NCBI GenBank assembly: GCA_030694985.1
Contig: JAUYTV010000017.1
Coordinates: 3,747-67,746, forward strand
Origin: Methanoregula sp.
GTDB lineage: Archaea; Halobacteriota; Methanomicrobia; Methanomicrobiales; Methanospirillaceae
Length of the DNA stretch: 64,000 nt
Reading direction: 5' to 3'
Shown here piece after piece: positions 9,540-19,873 of the stretch (position 1 is its first letter; every line of letters starts with the position of its first letter). The position numbers were made by a program, and so were the translations under genes. The notes beneath the pieces were generated by a model. That model made no database searches. It saw nothing but the letters and a program-made list of their open reading frames with translations, and was not told the DNA's origin.

Positions 9540-10373
9540 CCTTTTTTTTTAATCCGGGAATATGGTTACCTAAGTGACGGCATTTATGCCGGATCTGTGA
9601 GAGCTGGAACCGGGTTTCAATATCACAAGCGATGATTACGCCCCCGCAAATGGATTTTTTATGAAAAACGAAACAATATTTGTAAAATCCAGTCAGGTTT
9701 ATCTTCTTTCATAAAGAGGTAATCCCAGGGTTTTCCGGTACTCGGGGTTGTGGTTCGTCATCTTTGAGAAAAAGAATGATTTGACGTTATTTATCCTTAC
9801 AACAAGTACCTGTATAATACCGCACGTGTGGATGGAGAGAGTCCCCAGGATCGGAAATTTTGCCTCACGCTGTCATCCATAAGTAACATACTCCCTGAAG
9901 AACAATACATGCAATCCCCGTAGATCAGTTTCACTACTATGCCAACACCACACCAATCCCTTAAACACATTTGTATACCAGATATCGGTCGGTTACAAAT
10001 TTTCCCGATCCTTTTTTGGTACTCAGAAGGTAAAAAATTCCCGGTCCTCTCTGATATCCTTGTGATAAATTTCCCCACTTTTAAAAAAAGCAGGTACATT
10101 ATTTCAAAAGTTGTTCTAAAATCTGCTTTCTGATACAGATCTTATAAAAAATCCCTATTCCATATTTGGAAACGGTGAGGACAATTACCGTTTAAAAAAA
10201 TCATCCGGGCTGATTCAGGCTGATAAGGTTATTGTCCGGAACTGTGGGAAAAGAAGAAACTGTGTCAATGGCAACTTCACAATCGGAAAACCAGGTCCGG
10301 TTCTCTGTCTTCTGATGGGATATTGGATGTGCCCGGTCCTGCAACCAACCCATACAGTGGCCAGTGAACAGAG

Positions 10374-10689
10374 CTAACAATGTGGAGCGTGAATGCAATG
10401 CATGGAAAAAAGGCACAAATCATCATTCTCGTCTGCGTCTCCCTCTTTTGTGCGAGCGGGTCCCTTGCCAACTCGTTTATTCTCTGAAACATATCTGGGA
10501 ATAAGGGCATGAGTGATATCACGGAGTGCATCTATCTCGACGTCTCGTTGATCGAGGGCTTCTTTGTCAACGCAGAACAGGAATTTCCAGCACCAACCTG
10601 TACATCACTCTGAACAAGGTCCAGAATCCTTTTTTGACCTACTCGTTTTTCCCAAACGCCTCGATCGCTGTATCAACGATAACCATCAT
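10374..10689 (-). pseudogene. degraded gene fragment, probably from a mobile element
   Basis: MMVIVDTAIEAFGKNE*VKKGFWTLFRVMYRLVLEIPVL, frameshift, DKEALDQRDVEIDALRDITHALIPRYVSEN; part of it matches 49336-49379. Confidence 0.35.
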
Positions 10690-10728
10690 TGCCTTACTGC
10701 AAGGAAGATCCCGGGTGAAACCACACAC

Positions 10729-10861
10729 TTTCAAGCAAATGACGCTTGTAATTCGGGCATACTTTACATTACTTCCTGCATATCTGCCGGTTCTCTTCTG
10801 TATCTTCTATCGTATCTTTGCGGGGATTTATCATGAAAAAGAGGTAGGTGATGATGGCTAA
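10729..10861 (+). repeat. 133-bp direct repeat, copy 2; contains the 5' part of the DUF2769 pseudogene
   Basis: Offset exactly 3686 nt from 7043-7175; carries the same premature TAA. Confidence 0.95.
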
Positions 10862-10910
10862 CAGGTTTTTTTAATCATATTTTCCTTATCAGCCGTGCCT
10901 TAAACAAAAA

Positions 10911-12539
10911 TTATGAGGTAGTCTTCACAAAGTCTGCCTTGACCCACGGGTGTTCGAACATCACCATATATACGCCTGTGACAGTGCCCCCATTTCCGGT
11001 GGTGAATTTCACCGCAGTCCCGGTCCCCGTCTCACGGAACGTGTCCCCGTCATAGGGCACAAGGAAAAACGGCTCTGTGAGGTGGCCGGCATACAGCCGG
11101 AGCCCGCCCGTGTCCGGTTCAACCCTCAGTGTGCCGTAATAGTCCTGTGAGTACGAACCCTGGTAGGCTGTAGCGGGCCGTGATGGTTGTGCACCAGCCG
11201 GTGCTGGCGGGAGTTGTTCGAGAGGACCGGCAGCTGAGGCACCGGGTTTCATTGCAGCGGCAACCCCTGCCTCAATCTCGCTGTACCAGTCTTTCTGGAC
11301 CGCCCCGGTAAAGTACAGGTCATCCCATCCATTGATCACCGCTTTTTTGAGAATATGCCCGCCCGGAAATCCATTGGTCAGGACAACAATTGCCATCTTC
11401 TCTTCAGGATATAATGTGATGTACGTGGAGACCCCGCTGGTCAGGTCACCGCCATGTTCAACCCGTATCCTCCCTTTCTCTGCAACAGATTCCCAGCCGA
11501 GGTCATAGGCCGTGATACTGGTGCTGGTAGTCTTCATGATGTTCTGGGGGCGGTGGGTCTCTTTGAGAGCTGCGGCATCAATGACCTGCTTTCCATCAAT
11601 ACTTCCGTCATTCAGCTGGAGCCGGGCGTATCGGGCCATATCATTGATCGTAGAACTCACACCTCCAGCGGGACTGTTCACGTCATCGTTTAAGAGCGGA
11701 CCTGCCACCGGTGTCCCGTTCATCATCGAGTAGGTATCCACGCGGTCAGCAGCGTTCTCAAAGTCAGCGAACCGTGCGCTCGTGTTCTTCATCCCTGCGG
11801 GAACTATCACCCGTTCGGACACGAGATCCTCCCATGACATCCCTGCTTTCCTTGCGGCTGCTTCTGCTGCCAAAGTTATGCCGATGTTTGAATATGCATA
11901 GGATGAACGGTAATCTCCCGTAAGCGGTACGAGGCGGAGTTTGTTGATGATCTCAGAGCGGTTGTACCCGATGTCCTGGAGTTCATCGCCGGCATAGGCA
12001 GGAAGTCCTGTCCGGTGCATGAGAAGGTCGCGGACAGTGACATGGTCGGTTATCCACGGGTCGGAGAGCCGGAAGCCGGGATACAGGGGAACAACCCGGT
12101 CATCCCACGAGAGTTCTCCCCTGCCAACCATGGACGCGATCGATGCGGATGCGAATGTTTTTGAGATCGATGCGAGCTGGAACCGTGTGTCAGGACCGAC
12201 CGGCTCTTTTGTCGTTAAGTTCTTGACCCCGAACGTACGGAGGTAGATGACAGAGTCATTTTTTACAACCGCAACCGCCATTCCCGGGACTTTGCTTTTA
12301 CTGAAAAGTTGTCCGGTATATGCATCGAATTGCGGGATGAGGCTGGCAATGTTTTTTTCCCCGTTGCTGCCGGTCAGGGTGTTCACGGACCGGGTTTCTG
12401 GCGGCTGGTTCTGGGGGGACAATACACATCCGGCTAAAAGGATCATGCAGAAGAGACCTGCGATGATAAGTAGTATTGCGGGTTTTTTGGAAATGATATC
12501 AACTTCCTGCTTTTGAATCATAGTATCGTTTACCGGCAT
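10911..12539 (-). CDS. exported serine hydrolase of the class C beta-lactamase/esterase family with a C-terminal DUF3471-like domain
   Basis: Lipobox-like ILLAGC; SxxK in FQLASISK; YxN in YAYSN; HGG box; LLMHRTG. Confidence 0.9.
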   Translation of the reverse strand: MPVNDTMIQKQEVDIISKKPAILLIIAGLFCMILLAGCVLSPQNQPPETRSVNTLTGSNGEKNIASLIPQFDAYTGQLFSKSKVPGMAVAVVKNDSVIYLRTFGVKNLTTKEPVGPDTRFQLASISKTFASASIASMVGRGELSWDDRVVPLYPGFRLSDPWITDHVTVRDLLMHRTGLPAYAGDELQDIGYNRSEIINKLRLVPLTGDYRSSYAYSNIGITLAAEAAARKAGMSWEDLVSERVIVPAGMKNTSARFADFENAADRVDTYSMMNGTPVAGPLLNDDVNSPAGGVSSTINDMARYARLQLNDGSIDGKQVIDAAALKETHRPQNIMKTTSTSITAYDLGWESVAEKGRIRVEHGGDLTSGVSTYITLYPEEKMAIVVLTNGFPGGHILKKAVINGWDDLYFTGAVQKDWYSEIEAGVAAAMKPGASAAGPLEQLPPAPAGAQPSRPATAYQGSYSQDYYGTLRVEPDTGGLRLYAGHLTEPFFLVPYDGDTFRETGTGTAVKFTTGNGGTVTGVYMVMFEHPWVKADFVKTTS

Positions 12540-12799
12540 TTCTTTATTGCGATAGTAATCCTATTCGCAGGTAGTCCCACGCATGATTCCGGCAATAATC
12601 CTTGCAGTGCCTGATGATTCGCTGGCGTTGAGCCGTTCAAGTTAAGAGTGATATTAAACCGGATCCTGATGCCTTCCTGAGATATGCCGGTCCATGGATC
12701 GCAATTTCTGGTATCCTCAAGAAACCCCAATGTCCGGCTCCTGACAGGATCCAGGAGATAAAATTCCCGTTGAACCCTGACGGGCTAAAAAAAAATGGT

Positions 12800-14026
12800 T
12801 TAGGGAAACCGGACTACCGCATTGTTCTGCATCAGCCGGTTATTCTGGGGTACTGCCTCTGGGAAATACGTGACAAAATCGCCAAATTCAGTCCATAACT
12901 GCTTTAAGGAATAATCAGGAGAGGACATGCGCTCTGATCCACGGGTCTCACTGACTTCTCCCGTCACATTGAATGAGCGGTACACATGGGGATAACCCTC
13001 GGCACCCAGGAACGAGGGGATGTCTGTTACAACCTGGAAATGGAGGTGCGGAATATCTGAATTCCCGCTGTTGCCCATCAGGCCAAGCACCTGACCCTCT
13101 TTGACAATATCTCCGGTCTTTACCCGGACTGACCCGTTGACCATGTGGGCATAGCAGGCATATTTCTTATTCCCGAGATCGATGATAACATAATTTCCTG
13201 CCGCATTTGCCAATGTGGTACCCGCAGCGGAGTAGATCGTTTCAAAATCTGCGAGGCCATCGGAGGCATCCACAATCGTCCCGTTTGCAACCGCAAAGAT
13301 CTCCTTGCCAAACCCGAGATAATTTCTTGCGAGCGTTGCATTGCCAGATGTGGCCTGCCCGCTCACCGGGTCCAGGTAAACCCAGTCCTGTGCGAACCGC
13401 TGGGGAACACGGGTCACATTGTTCATGGTGATCTGGGCACGGAAATGGTGGGTCAGGGGAGATGTGGTCTCCATAACCATCCAGCCCGGGCCTTGCATCG
13501 GCGAACCTACGACCACCGGTGCCAGATTCTTCTTTACGGCAACTTCCCCGCCATTAATGATTGAATGGGGCAGACCGTCAGCAGTCCGGTTAAGGGTGAG
13601 CCGGTGGGAGAGCTGGTCCGGCACAGCATCAGGGCTGACCACAAACCAGAGCGATACCCGGGGCAGGGAAAGTTTTCCTGTACCGTTACGGAGCTCAGCT
13701 GCTGTTGGTGGGGGGACAGATGCCGGGTGGTACATGGCAGAGAGCAGTTCGCCATCTGCGGTATAGAGGATCTTTCCTGTGGCCGGGTTGAGGACTTCTA
13801 CCTTTTCTACAACTGGTACCTGACCTTTTGCAGGCACAAGTTCAAGTTCATACGCAAGGTTGATCCCGTTCTGGCTGGGGACCGAAATTGGCCCAAATGG
13901 CACGGCCATCTTAAGGGCAGGGATCATAGCAGGTGTCTGCTGCACGGCTGCCGGCTGCATGCATCCGGGACCCAGAACTGCTGCAATCATAATAATGGTG
14001 ATGAGGAACTTTGCAATCGCAGTCAT
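12800..14026 (-). CDS. exported M23-family metallopeptidase
   Basis: Signal ending VLGPGC; GNYVIID..YAHM..VKTGD.VKEGQVLGLMGNSGNSDIPHLHF; QRFAQD. Confidence 0.9.
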   Translation of the reverse strand: MTAIAKFLITIIMIAAVLGPGCMQPAAVQQTPAMIPALKMAVPFGPISVPSQNGINLAYELELVPAKGQVPVVEKVEVLNPATGKILYTADGELLSAMYHPASVPPPTAAELRNGTGKLSLPRVSLWFVVSPDAVPDQLSHRLTLNRTADGLPHSIINGGEVAVKKNLAPVVVGSPMQGPGWMVMETTSPLTHHFRAQITMNNVTRVPQRFAQDWVYLDPVSGQATSGNATLARNYLGFGKEIFAVANGTIVDASDGLADFETIYSAAGTTLANAAGNYVIIDLGNKKYACYAHMVNGSVRVKTGDIVKEGQVLGLMGNSGNSDIPHLHFQVVTDIPSFLGAEGYPHVYRSFNVTGEVSETRGSERMSSPDYSLKQLWTEFGDFVTYFPEAVPQNNRLMQNNAVVRFP

Positions 14027-14095
14027 AGTGATAACATCCGGTTGTTGGTGTAGCAGAAAATAAAATGATGTATCTGAAATCCAAACAAAAAAAAA

Positions 14096-15613
14096 TTATG
14101 GTACCTGGGCCCGCGAGAACGGGCCGATCTCCATTGAGTCAAATCCGGTGACTGCTGCCAAAGTGTTGTTCTTAAAAGTGAGATAACCCACCTGGTCGTC
14201 CGGGTTAGGGAACGAGAAGTACCAGGTATTCTCATTCACGTGCATAAGCGTGCCGGGGTACTTGTCCGGGCCCAGCTGGAACGTCATGTTCATGGCATCA
14301 GCACCTTTGCTCACCAGCATCGTGCCGTACAGGTCGTTCCTGTACGCTCCAGCGATAGCCAAAGGATCGATTGTTGCAGGCTTAGCATCTGCGGGACGTT
14401 CTACGGATTTGATGAGCGAGTTCCACCCTGCCTGGTTGAGCTTTTCCCGGGCCTGCAGATCTATGCCGCTCTTTCCTATGTACCGCTCAAGGAACTCGTC
14501 CCTGATTGCTTCGGGAAAGACCGTCAGCTGCTTGTTGGCGATGACAACAAGACCGCTCTTCTTTCCGGGGATAAGGATCACGATCGAGCGGATGCCGTCG
14601 AGAGCACCGTTCTTCTCAATCACCCGCTCGCCAAGGAAGTTATAAGAATCGCAGCCAAGGCCGACTGCCCCGTTTAAGTCGTTTAAGGGCCCGCTGTGCG
14701 GAGCAACAAGGCTTGCAGCATGGATCTCCTTTACGGTCTTTGGTGTGAGTACCTGCTTTCCATCAATGGAACCATTGTTTAACATCATCCGCAGCCACCG
14801 GGTCATGTCCCGGCCAGTTGAGACCACCTGGCCGGCAGCAGGAAATCCTGCTTCTTCGAGCGGTATGATGTGAACATCCCCTATGGTGCCTGCATGGCCT
14901 GAGACATGGTTGTCATCAATGTACAAGGTCTGTGGGTGGGCTCCTGACCGCGTCATGCCGAGTGGCTTTAGGATCCGGACATCGGTTAAGTCCTCCCAGC
15001 TCCGGTTGTCTGCTTTTGCCGCAGCTTCCCCAGCAATGAAGAAACCTGCATTCGAGTAAATGTACTTTTCCCGGAAACTGGTACCAGGTTCTAAGTAACG
15101 CATCCGCACCAGCATATCACTGTTCGAGTACCCGAGCCTGCCTAACAGGTCTCCATCAAAGTGCCGGAATCCCGTGCGGTGGGCGAGCAGGTCACGCAGA
15201 GTTGCATGCTGGCCTGCGTAGCTGTCTTTTAAGGTAAAGCCCGGCAGGTACGTGACAACCGGTGTGTCCCAGTCCAGTTTCCCCTCATCAACAAGGGAGC
15301 CGACCGCTCCGGCAGTGACGTATTTGGAGACTGATGCGATCTGGAAACGGGTGTCTGGATCTACCTTTTGCGGTTTTCCCAGTTCCCGGACTCCAAAACC
15401 TTTCAGGTACACAACAGTGTCGTTCTCTACAATTCCCACAACTGCACCCGGTACTTCATATTCAGCCATTTTCTGGGAAACAAAATTATCAAAGCTGTCA
15501 GATTTTTCCATCGTCTTCTGATTCGTGTTTGTACATCCGGCACACAAGACCATGCCGGACACAAGAAAAGCAGCAAGAAGCAGGAATGCGAATCGCAGGG
15601 GGGGATTTTTCAT
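14096..15613 (-). CDS. exported serine hydrolase of the class C beta-lactamase/esterase family
   Basis: Signal ending VLCAGC; FQIASVSK (SxxK); YIYSN; KNG box; paralogous to 10911-12539; start placed at ATG 15613. Confidence 0.9.
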   Translation of the reverse strand: MKNPPLRFAFLLLAAFLVSGMVLCAGCTNTNQKTMEKSDSFDNFVSQKMAEYEVPGAVVGIVENDTVVYLKGFGVRELGKPQKVDPDTRFQIASVSKYVTAGAVGSLVDEGKLDWDTPVVTYLPGFTLKDSYAGQHATLRDLLAHRTGFRHFDGDLLGRLGYSNSDMLVRMRYLEPGTSFREKYIYSNAGFFIAGEAAAKADNRSWEDLTDVRILKPLGMTRSGAHPQTLYIDDNHVSGHAGTIGDVHIIPLEEAGFPAAGQVVSTGRDMTRWLRMMLNNGSIDGKQVLTPKTVKEIHAASLVAPHSGPLNDLNGAVGLGCDSYNFLGERVIEKNGALDGIRSIVILIPGKKSGLVVIANKQLTVFPEAIRDEFLERYIGKSGIDLQAREKLNQAGWNSLIKSVERPADAKPATIDPLAIAGAYRNDLYGTMLVSKGADAMNMTFQLGPDKYPGTLMHVNENTWYFSFPNPDDQVGYLTFKNNTLAAVTGFDSMEIGPFSRAQVP

Positions 15614-15701
15614 AAGAGGGAGTTGGATTTTATCATAAAAAACATTGCCATTTGTAGACCGGTCTTTTGCTAAGGGAAAAAGCAAAAAAAATGAGTATTT
15701 G

Positions 15702-17237
15702 TTAACCGGTCATTATTGACGGAGTAATATTGATATCCAGAATACGGCCCTGCTCCCGTGTGTATTTCGGCCAGGTCACATTCATCCCTCCATTCGGGTT
15801 TCCGGTCTTTGCAAACCGGGTCCAGAGATCTACGATATTGGCAGCCACTGATGGATCTGCTGGAACCGGCACGCCGAATAACAGGAGGGTTTCGCTGCCA
15901 TGGAACGCCCCGTCGGACTGATTCGGCAGGATATAGCTGTAGCGGTACACATATGTGTCCGGGCTGATGTCTCCCATCGAGCCTGCCGCAAACTTTACCG
16001 AGTCACTAAAATCATAGTCCGTCATGATTTGTGCCAGCCGGAGCTGGACTTCGGCAGTTGAGTTGGCAGGATATTTTGCTAATACTGCATCCGCATCCTT
16101 GCCGAAATAGCCCCGGATGAATGTTGTGTACTCCGGAACGGTCATGTTGGCATTCGCAGAGAGCGTTGTCCCGTCATTGGCATTGCTACCGATCATGAGG
16201 GGGACCGGGTTTTCCTTGTGGCTACCGAAAAGAGAATCAACGGAATCGGGGAGCAACCATCCGTCAATTGTTGGCTCGAAATGCAGGGTATGAGTAAGCT
16301 CCCATGAGGATGATGGCCAGGGAGTGGCATTGATCAATTGTTCGGTACTTAACGTTCTCATCCGGGCAATCGCACCCGGCCCTGAATATCCGAGGCTTTT
16401 TGCGTATTCAATGCCAAACTGTTCAGCGTCAGATTTTGAATGAACATTATCGATAGTGGGACCGTTCGCCCAAAAAGGACCGCTTTCGACAATTGCCTGC
16501 TGATAAAGTCCTTTGCTCTGGGGGCTGACCAGATGAATAAGAACACTCTCTCCTCCAGCTGATTGCCCGAAAATGGTCACCCGGGACGGGTCGCCGCCGA
16601 ATGCTCCGATGTTTCGCTGGACCCACTTGAGGGCTGCCTGCTGGTCCATCAGCCCATAATTGCCCGAGCTGTTATTTAGGGACTCAGCGTCCAGCTCCGG
16701 ATGGGCAAGGAACCCGAGAGCGCCAAGCCGATAATTGGTTGTGACAACGATAACACCTTTCTTTGCAAGGGTAGTCCCGTTATAGAGTGCAATTGTGTCA
16801 AGCGGAGCTACCGTTCCGAATGCCCCGCCATAGAAAAAGACCATAACCGGTAGTTTTTCATCCGCACTTTTTGCCGGGGTCCATACATTGAGGTACAGGC
16901 AATCCTCGCTCATGTTAGGAACATAGGATCTTGTGACCGGCTGGGGAGGTTCCGCTGAAAACACTTTTGCTTCCCTAACACCGTCCCAGGGTTTGACCGG
17001 CGCGGGAGGTTTCCAGCGCAGGTCACCGGTTGGGGGAGCTGCGAACGGTATCCCGTGGTAGACTCGCAGGCTTCCCTGTTGAATTCCAGAAACCGCGCCG
17101 GCATCGGTCTTCACAACACCGGATATATTTGCTACACCGGGCTCTGATCCATTATGGGTACACCCTGCCAAAAAAGAAAATCCTATAAGAATCAGGCAGC
17201 TTATCAGAGCACAACTTGTCAGTTTATTTGCTAGCAT
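15702..17237 (-). CDS. exported type-B carboxylesterase
   Basis: Signal ending FLAGC; GIPFAAPP.GDLRW, SEDCLYLNVW, GQSAGG nucleophile elbow, FHGSE. Confidence 0.93.
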   Translation of the reverse strand: MLANKLTSCALISCLILIGFSFLAGCTHNGSEPGVANISGVVKTDAGAVSGIQQGSLRVYHGIPFAAPPTGDLRWKPPAPVKPWDGVREAKVFSAEPPQPVTRSYVPNMSEDCLYLNVWTPAKSADEKLPVMVFFYGGAFGTVAPLDTIALYNGTTLAKKGVIVVTTNYRLGALGFLAHPELDAESLNNSSGNYGLMDQQAALKWVQRNIGAFGGDPSRVTIFGQSAGGESVLIHLVSPQSKGLYQQAIVESGPFWANGPTIDNVHSKSDAEQFGIEYAKSLGYSGPGAIARMRTLSTEQLINATPWPSSSWELTHTLHFEPTIDGWLLPDSVDSLFGSHKENPVPLMIGSNANDGTTLSANANMTVPEYTTFIRGYFGKDADAVLAKYPANSTAEVQLRLAQIMTDYDFSDSVKFAAGSMGDISPDTYVYRYSYILPNQSDGAFHGSETLLLFGVPVPADPSVAANIVDLWTRFAKTGNPNGGMNVTWPKYTREQGRILDINITPSIMTG

Positions 17238-17748
17238 ACGATTGCATCCCCATTTTTTTAATGGAAAAACCGGGTGATGGCATGAGTGAAGCAGATCTTT
17301 AGCGGATCCCGCAACTACTTTTCATTAATAAATACCCGGCATTTTTTTTAAAATATTACGCTTCGACACATTAACGCTTTGTATCTGCCTGTGTCAGATA
17401 ATTTATTTTCAAACAGGGGAAAAGGCCTTGCCACTTTTTATATCTCACAATGATACCAGACGAAAGTTTCCATTTTTATGTTCCACCTTGGCAATTTTTT
17501 CTGAGTTGAGTCCTTTCATACGTTCTTCTGAAACCGTGACGCTGGTCTACACCGACCCACGGTTGCACAATCGCGCTATTACCGGAAATGAGTTGTAATT
17601 AAACCGGTCTGTATCGGGTTCACATTACAAGGGCAGTCCTTAACCGGTGAAACATAGATTAATGAGCTCAAAGATTCTTATTCTCCATAATTATCCGGGG
17701 TACGCACGAAAAACGATTGCAGCAGAATCCATGAACTGGATGAAAAAC

Positions 17749-18426
17749 ATGAAGTTTGCACGATTCTCTCTTTACACCGTGGCAGTTATTATTATTTTTG
17801 TGCTCTTCAGCGGGTGTCTTGACAGTCCGGCTATCAGCTCTTCCGGGAGCAGCGGAACGGGTTCTGGTTCATGCAAATCCGGTTATGCCAAATATACTAC
17901 AAGCCAGGGACATTGCTGTCCGACCGGGTATCCGTATTACTATGACGGGAAATGCCACTCGTGTTCGGAAGGGTATAATAAATACAGCACGAGCGCCGGT
18001 TACTGCTGCCCGGTAGGGTACACACATTATTACAACGGTAAATGTCACCAGTGTTCTTCAGGATATTACAAATACGACACAAGCGCTGGTTACTGCTGTC
18101 TGTCAGGGTACCCGTATTACTATGGCGGTAAATGCCATTCGCAGTCCTCGGGTTCTTCTTCAGGTTCTAACACCGTGATTGTATACAATGTTCCGGTGGA
18201 TGACCGTACCGGCTGCCCCGCCCAGAAGGACCTGCAATGTTCCGGATGGATAGCCGCAGGCAGCTGCCAGATACAGTCATGCACCTGCTACTATAGCGGG
18301 CTTCATGGCGATACTACCGCTGCATATTATCACACATCGGATGGTGCGTATTTCCGGTGCAGTGGCGCCGGCCAGACCCTGAGTTGCATTGCCGCAGCAC
18401 AGGCAGCTGCACAGCATTGCCTGTAA
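17749..18426 (+). CDS. Cys/Tyr/Gly-rich exported lipoprotein-like protein with three 30-aa repeats
   Basis: Signal MKFARFSLY..VLFSGC; Ser/Gly linker; three Cys-rich repeats; Cys-rich C-terminal domain. Confidence 0.8.
   Translation: MKFARFSLYTVAVIIIFVLFSGCLDSPAISSSGSSGTGSGSCKSGYAKYTTSQGHCCPTGYPYYYDGKCHSCSEGYNKYSTSAGYCCPVGYTHYYNGKCHQCSSGYYKYDTSAGYCCLSGYPYYYGGKCHSQSSGSSSGSNTVIVYNVPVDDRTGCPAQKDLQCSGWIAAGSCQIQSCTCYYSGLHGDTTAAYYHTSDGAYFRCSGAGQTLSCIAAAQAAAQHCL
17872..18141 (+). repeat. three tandem 90-bp intragenic repeats
   Basis: Units at 17872, 17962 and 18052 encode CxxGYxKYxTSxGxCCxxGYxxYYxGKCHx. Confidence 0.92.
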
Positions 18427-18660
18427 TCTTAGACACAAAAAATGCTCAAGGTTACATTCTTCATCCCATTTTCATGTCGCTTTTTTTTAGCAGTTTTTTT
18501 ATGCGAAATAAACGAGGTGTCATTCATCCATACACATGTCATATCTCTAAACCTGAAATGCGGTGAAATTTAACATATTAAGGCGTCATTAAAAAAAACG
18601 GACGAAAATTTCCATCCGCATAAGATCATTTATAAAATTTAACATCTTACTCAATGGATA

Positions 18661-19749
18661 ATGAAAAAATGTCCCGATTGCGGCAGAGAAATATCCTTAT
18701 CAGATAGTGAATCTACCTCTTTTAAAAAAGTGGAAAAAACCCCTTTTACAATCCGGCAGTTTTTATGGGACAATTTTCGTTTTTTTACAATGATAGGGAT
18801 TACCGGAACCATGATCTCCCTGATACCCAATATGGGGACCCGGATTCTTGGGGCCACATGGATTACCGATACAGAGACTTTCCTTCCCTTGTTCCTTTCA
18901 ATAATCATTTTTTTTGGAGCAATTTTTTTAACTCTCTGTTTTTTAATTATATTCAGCCTGATAATCCAGGCAAGGGATTCTGAGAAGATCTGGAAAAAAA
19001 TTACTCTTCATAATAAAACTCTCATCATCTGGTATGAAGGTGATTTCCAGCGCACCATACTGCTTTTTTGTTTAGTGCCGATGTGGGTAGGCTTATTGCT
19101 GTTTTTTATCATGTTAATGCCATTGATTCCGAATAAATATTCATGGCTGTTTGCAACAATTATCGGGCTTACCTGTATTCCGCTTTTTATCTATTCATGT
19201 TTAGGCTGGAATATGGGGAAAAAAGTTACCGGACTTATTCCGGGAATGAGAAAATTTCCTCTTATAAGTGTAGTTGTATTCACGATTCTGGTAGTGGGTT
19301 TTTTCCTCATTTTACCCTTTGCAATCCCCCAGTTTTTTAATAATACGGATACTTTTTCCGGAGATATTAAAATCCGACCGGATCATCTGTATTTTTCCCC
19401 ACATCTTTCCTCAGTAAAAGGATTACGGTTAGAGATCACGAATTTGTCAGGCCGTGAATTACAGGCCAGCCGTCACATATGGTCGGCAAATTTTGGATAT
19501 TTCATCAGGGTTATTCCATCTACTTCTGAAGTAATAATACTGGGAAATCCCGTGGATAACCGGAATTCAAGGGATATTTACTGGACTTATTCACAAAATA
19601 ATCCAGAACAAGTGAAAAAACCAGTAAAAATTAATCTGCATCTCTATCCATTACAGGGAAATGAAGAGATTTCCAATTCTTCATTATACCTGACATGGTA
19701 CGATAACGATATTGTGTATGCCAACACCTCGTGTGAAACATATCAATAA
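18661..19749 (+). CDS. hypothetical polytopic membrane protein with N-terminal CxxC knuckle and soluble C-terminal domain
   Basis: 362-aa ORF; MKKCPDCG; about five TM segments; AT-rich. Confidence 0.75.
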   Translation: MKKCPDCGREISLSDSESTSFKKVEKTPFTIRQFLWDNFRFFTMIGITGTMISLIPNMGTRILGATWITDTETFLPLFLSIIIFFGAIFLTLCFLIIFSLIIQARDSEKIWKKITLHNKTLIIWYEGDFQRTILLFCLVPMWVGLLLFFIMLMPLIPNKYSWLFATIIGLTCIPLFIYSCLGWNMGKKVTGLIPGMRKFPLISVVVFTILVVGFFLILPFAIPQFFNNTDTFSGDIKIRPDHLYFSPHLSSVKGLRLEITNLSGRELQASRHIWSANFGYFIRVIPSTSEVIILGNPVDNRNSRDIYWTYSQNNPEQVKKPVKINLHLYPLQGNEEISNSSLYLTWYDNDIVYANTSCETYQ

Positions 19750-19873
19750 TTTTTAGACATGAAAAAAGAAAAAACCCGTTACCATTTCTCATATCTGTCA
19801 GATAGGAAAATTTACTGATAACTCCTCAAATCTTCCTGTAATAAACAATTATGACTGGCAGCAGGTTTCCGGA

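Noticed and set aside
9797-10133. ORFs 9797-10099 (-) and 9939-10133 (+) as a transposase or other gene
   Set aside because: No convincing motif in any frame; left as unassigned degraded DNA within the cassette
10911-15613. Calling the two SxxK proteins beta-lactam resistance genes
   Set aside because: The host has no beta-lactam target, and the fold covers many esterases and peptidases; activity cannot be read from these motifs
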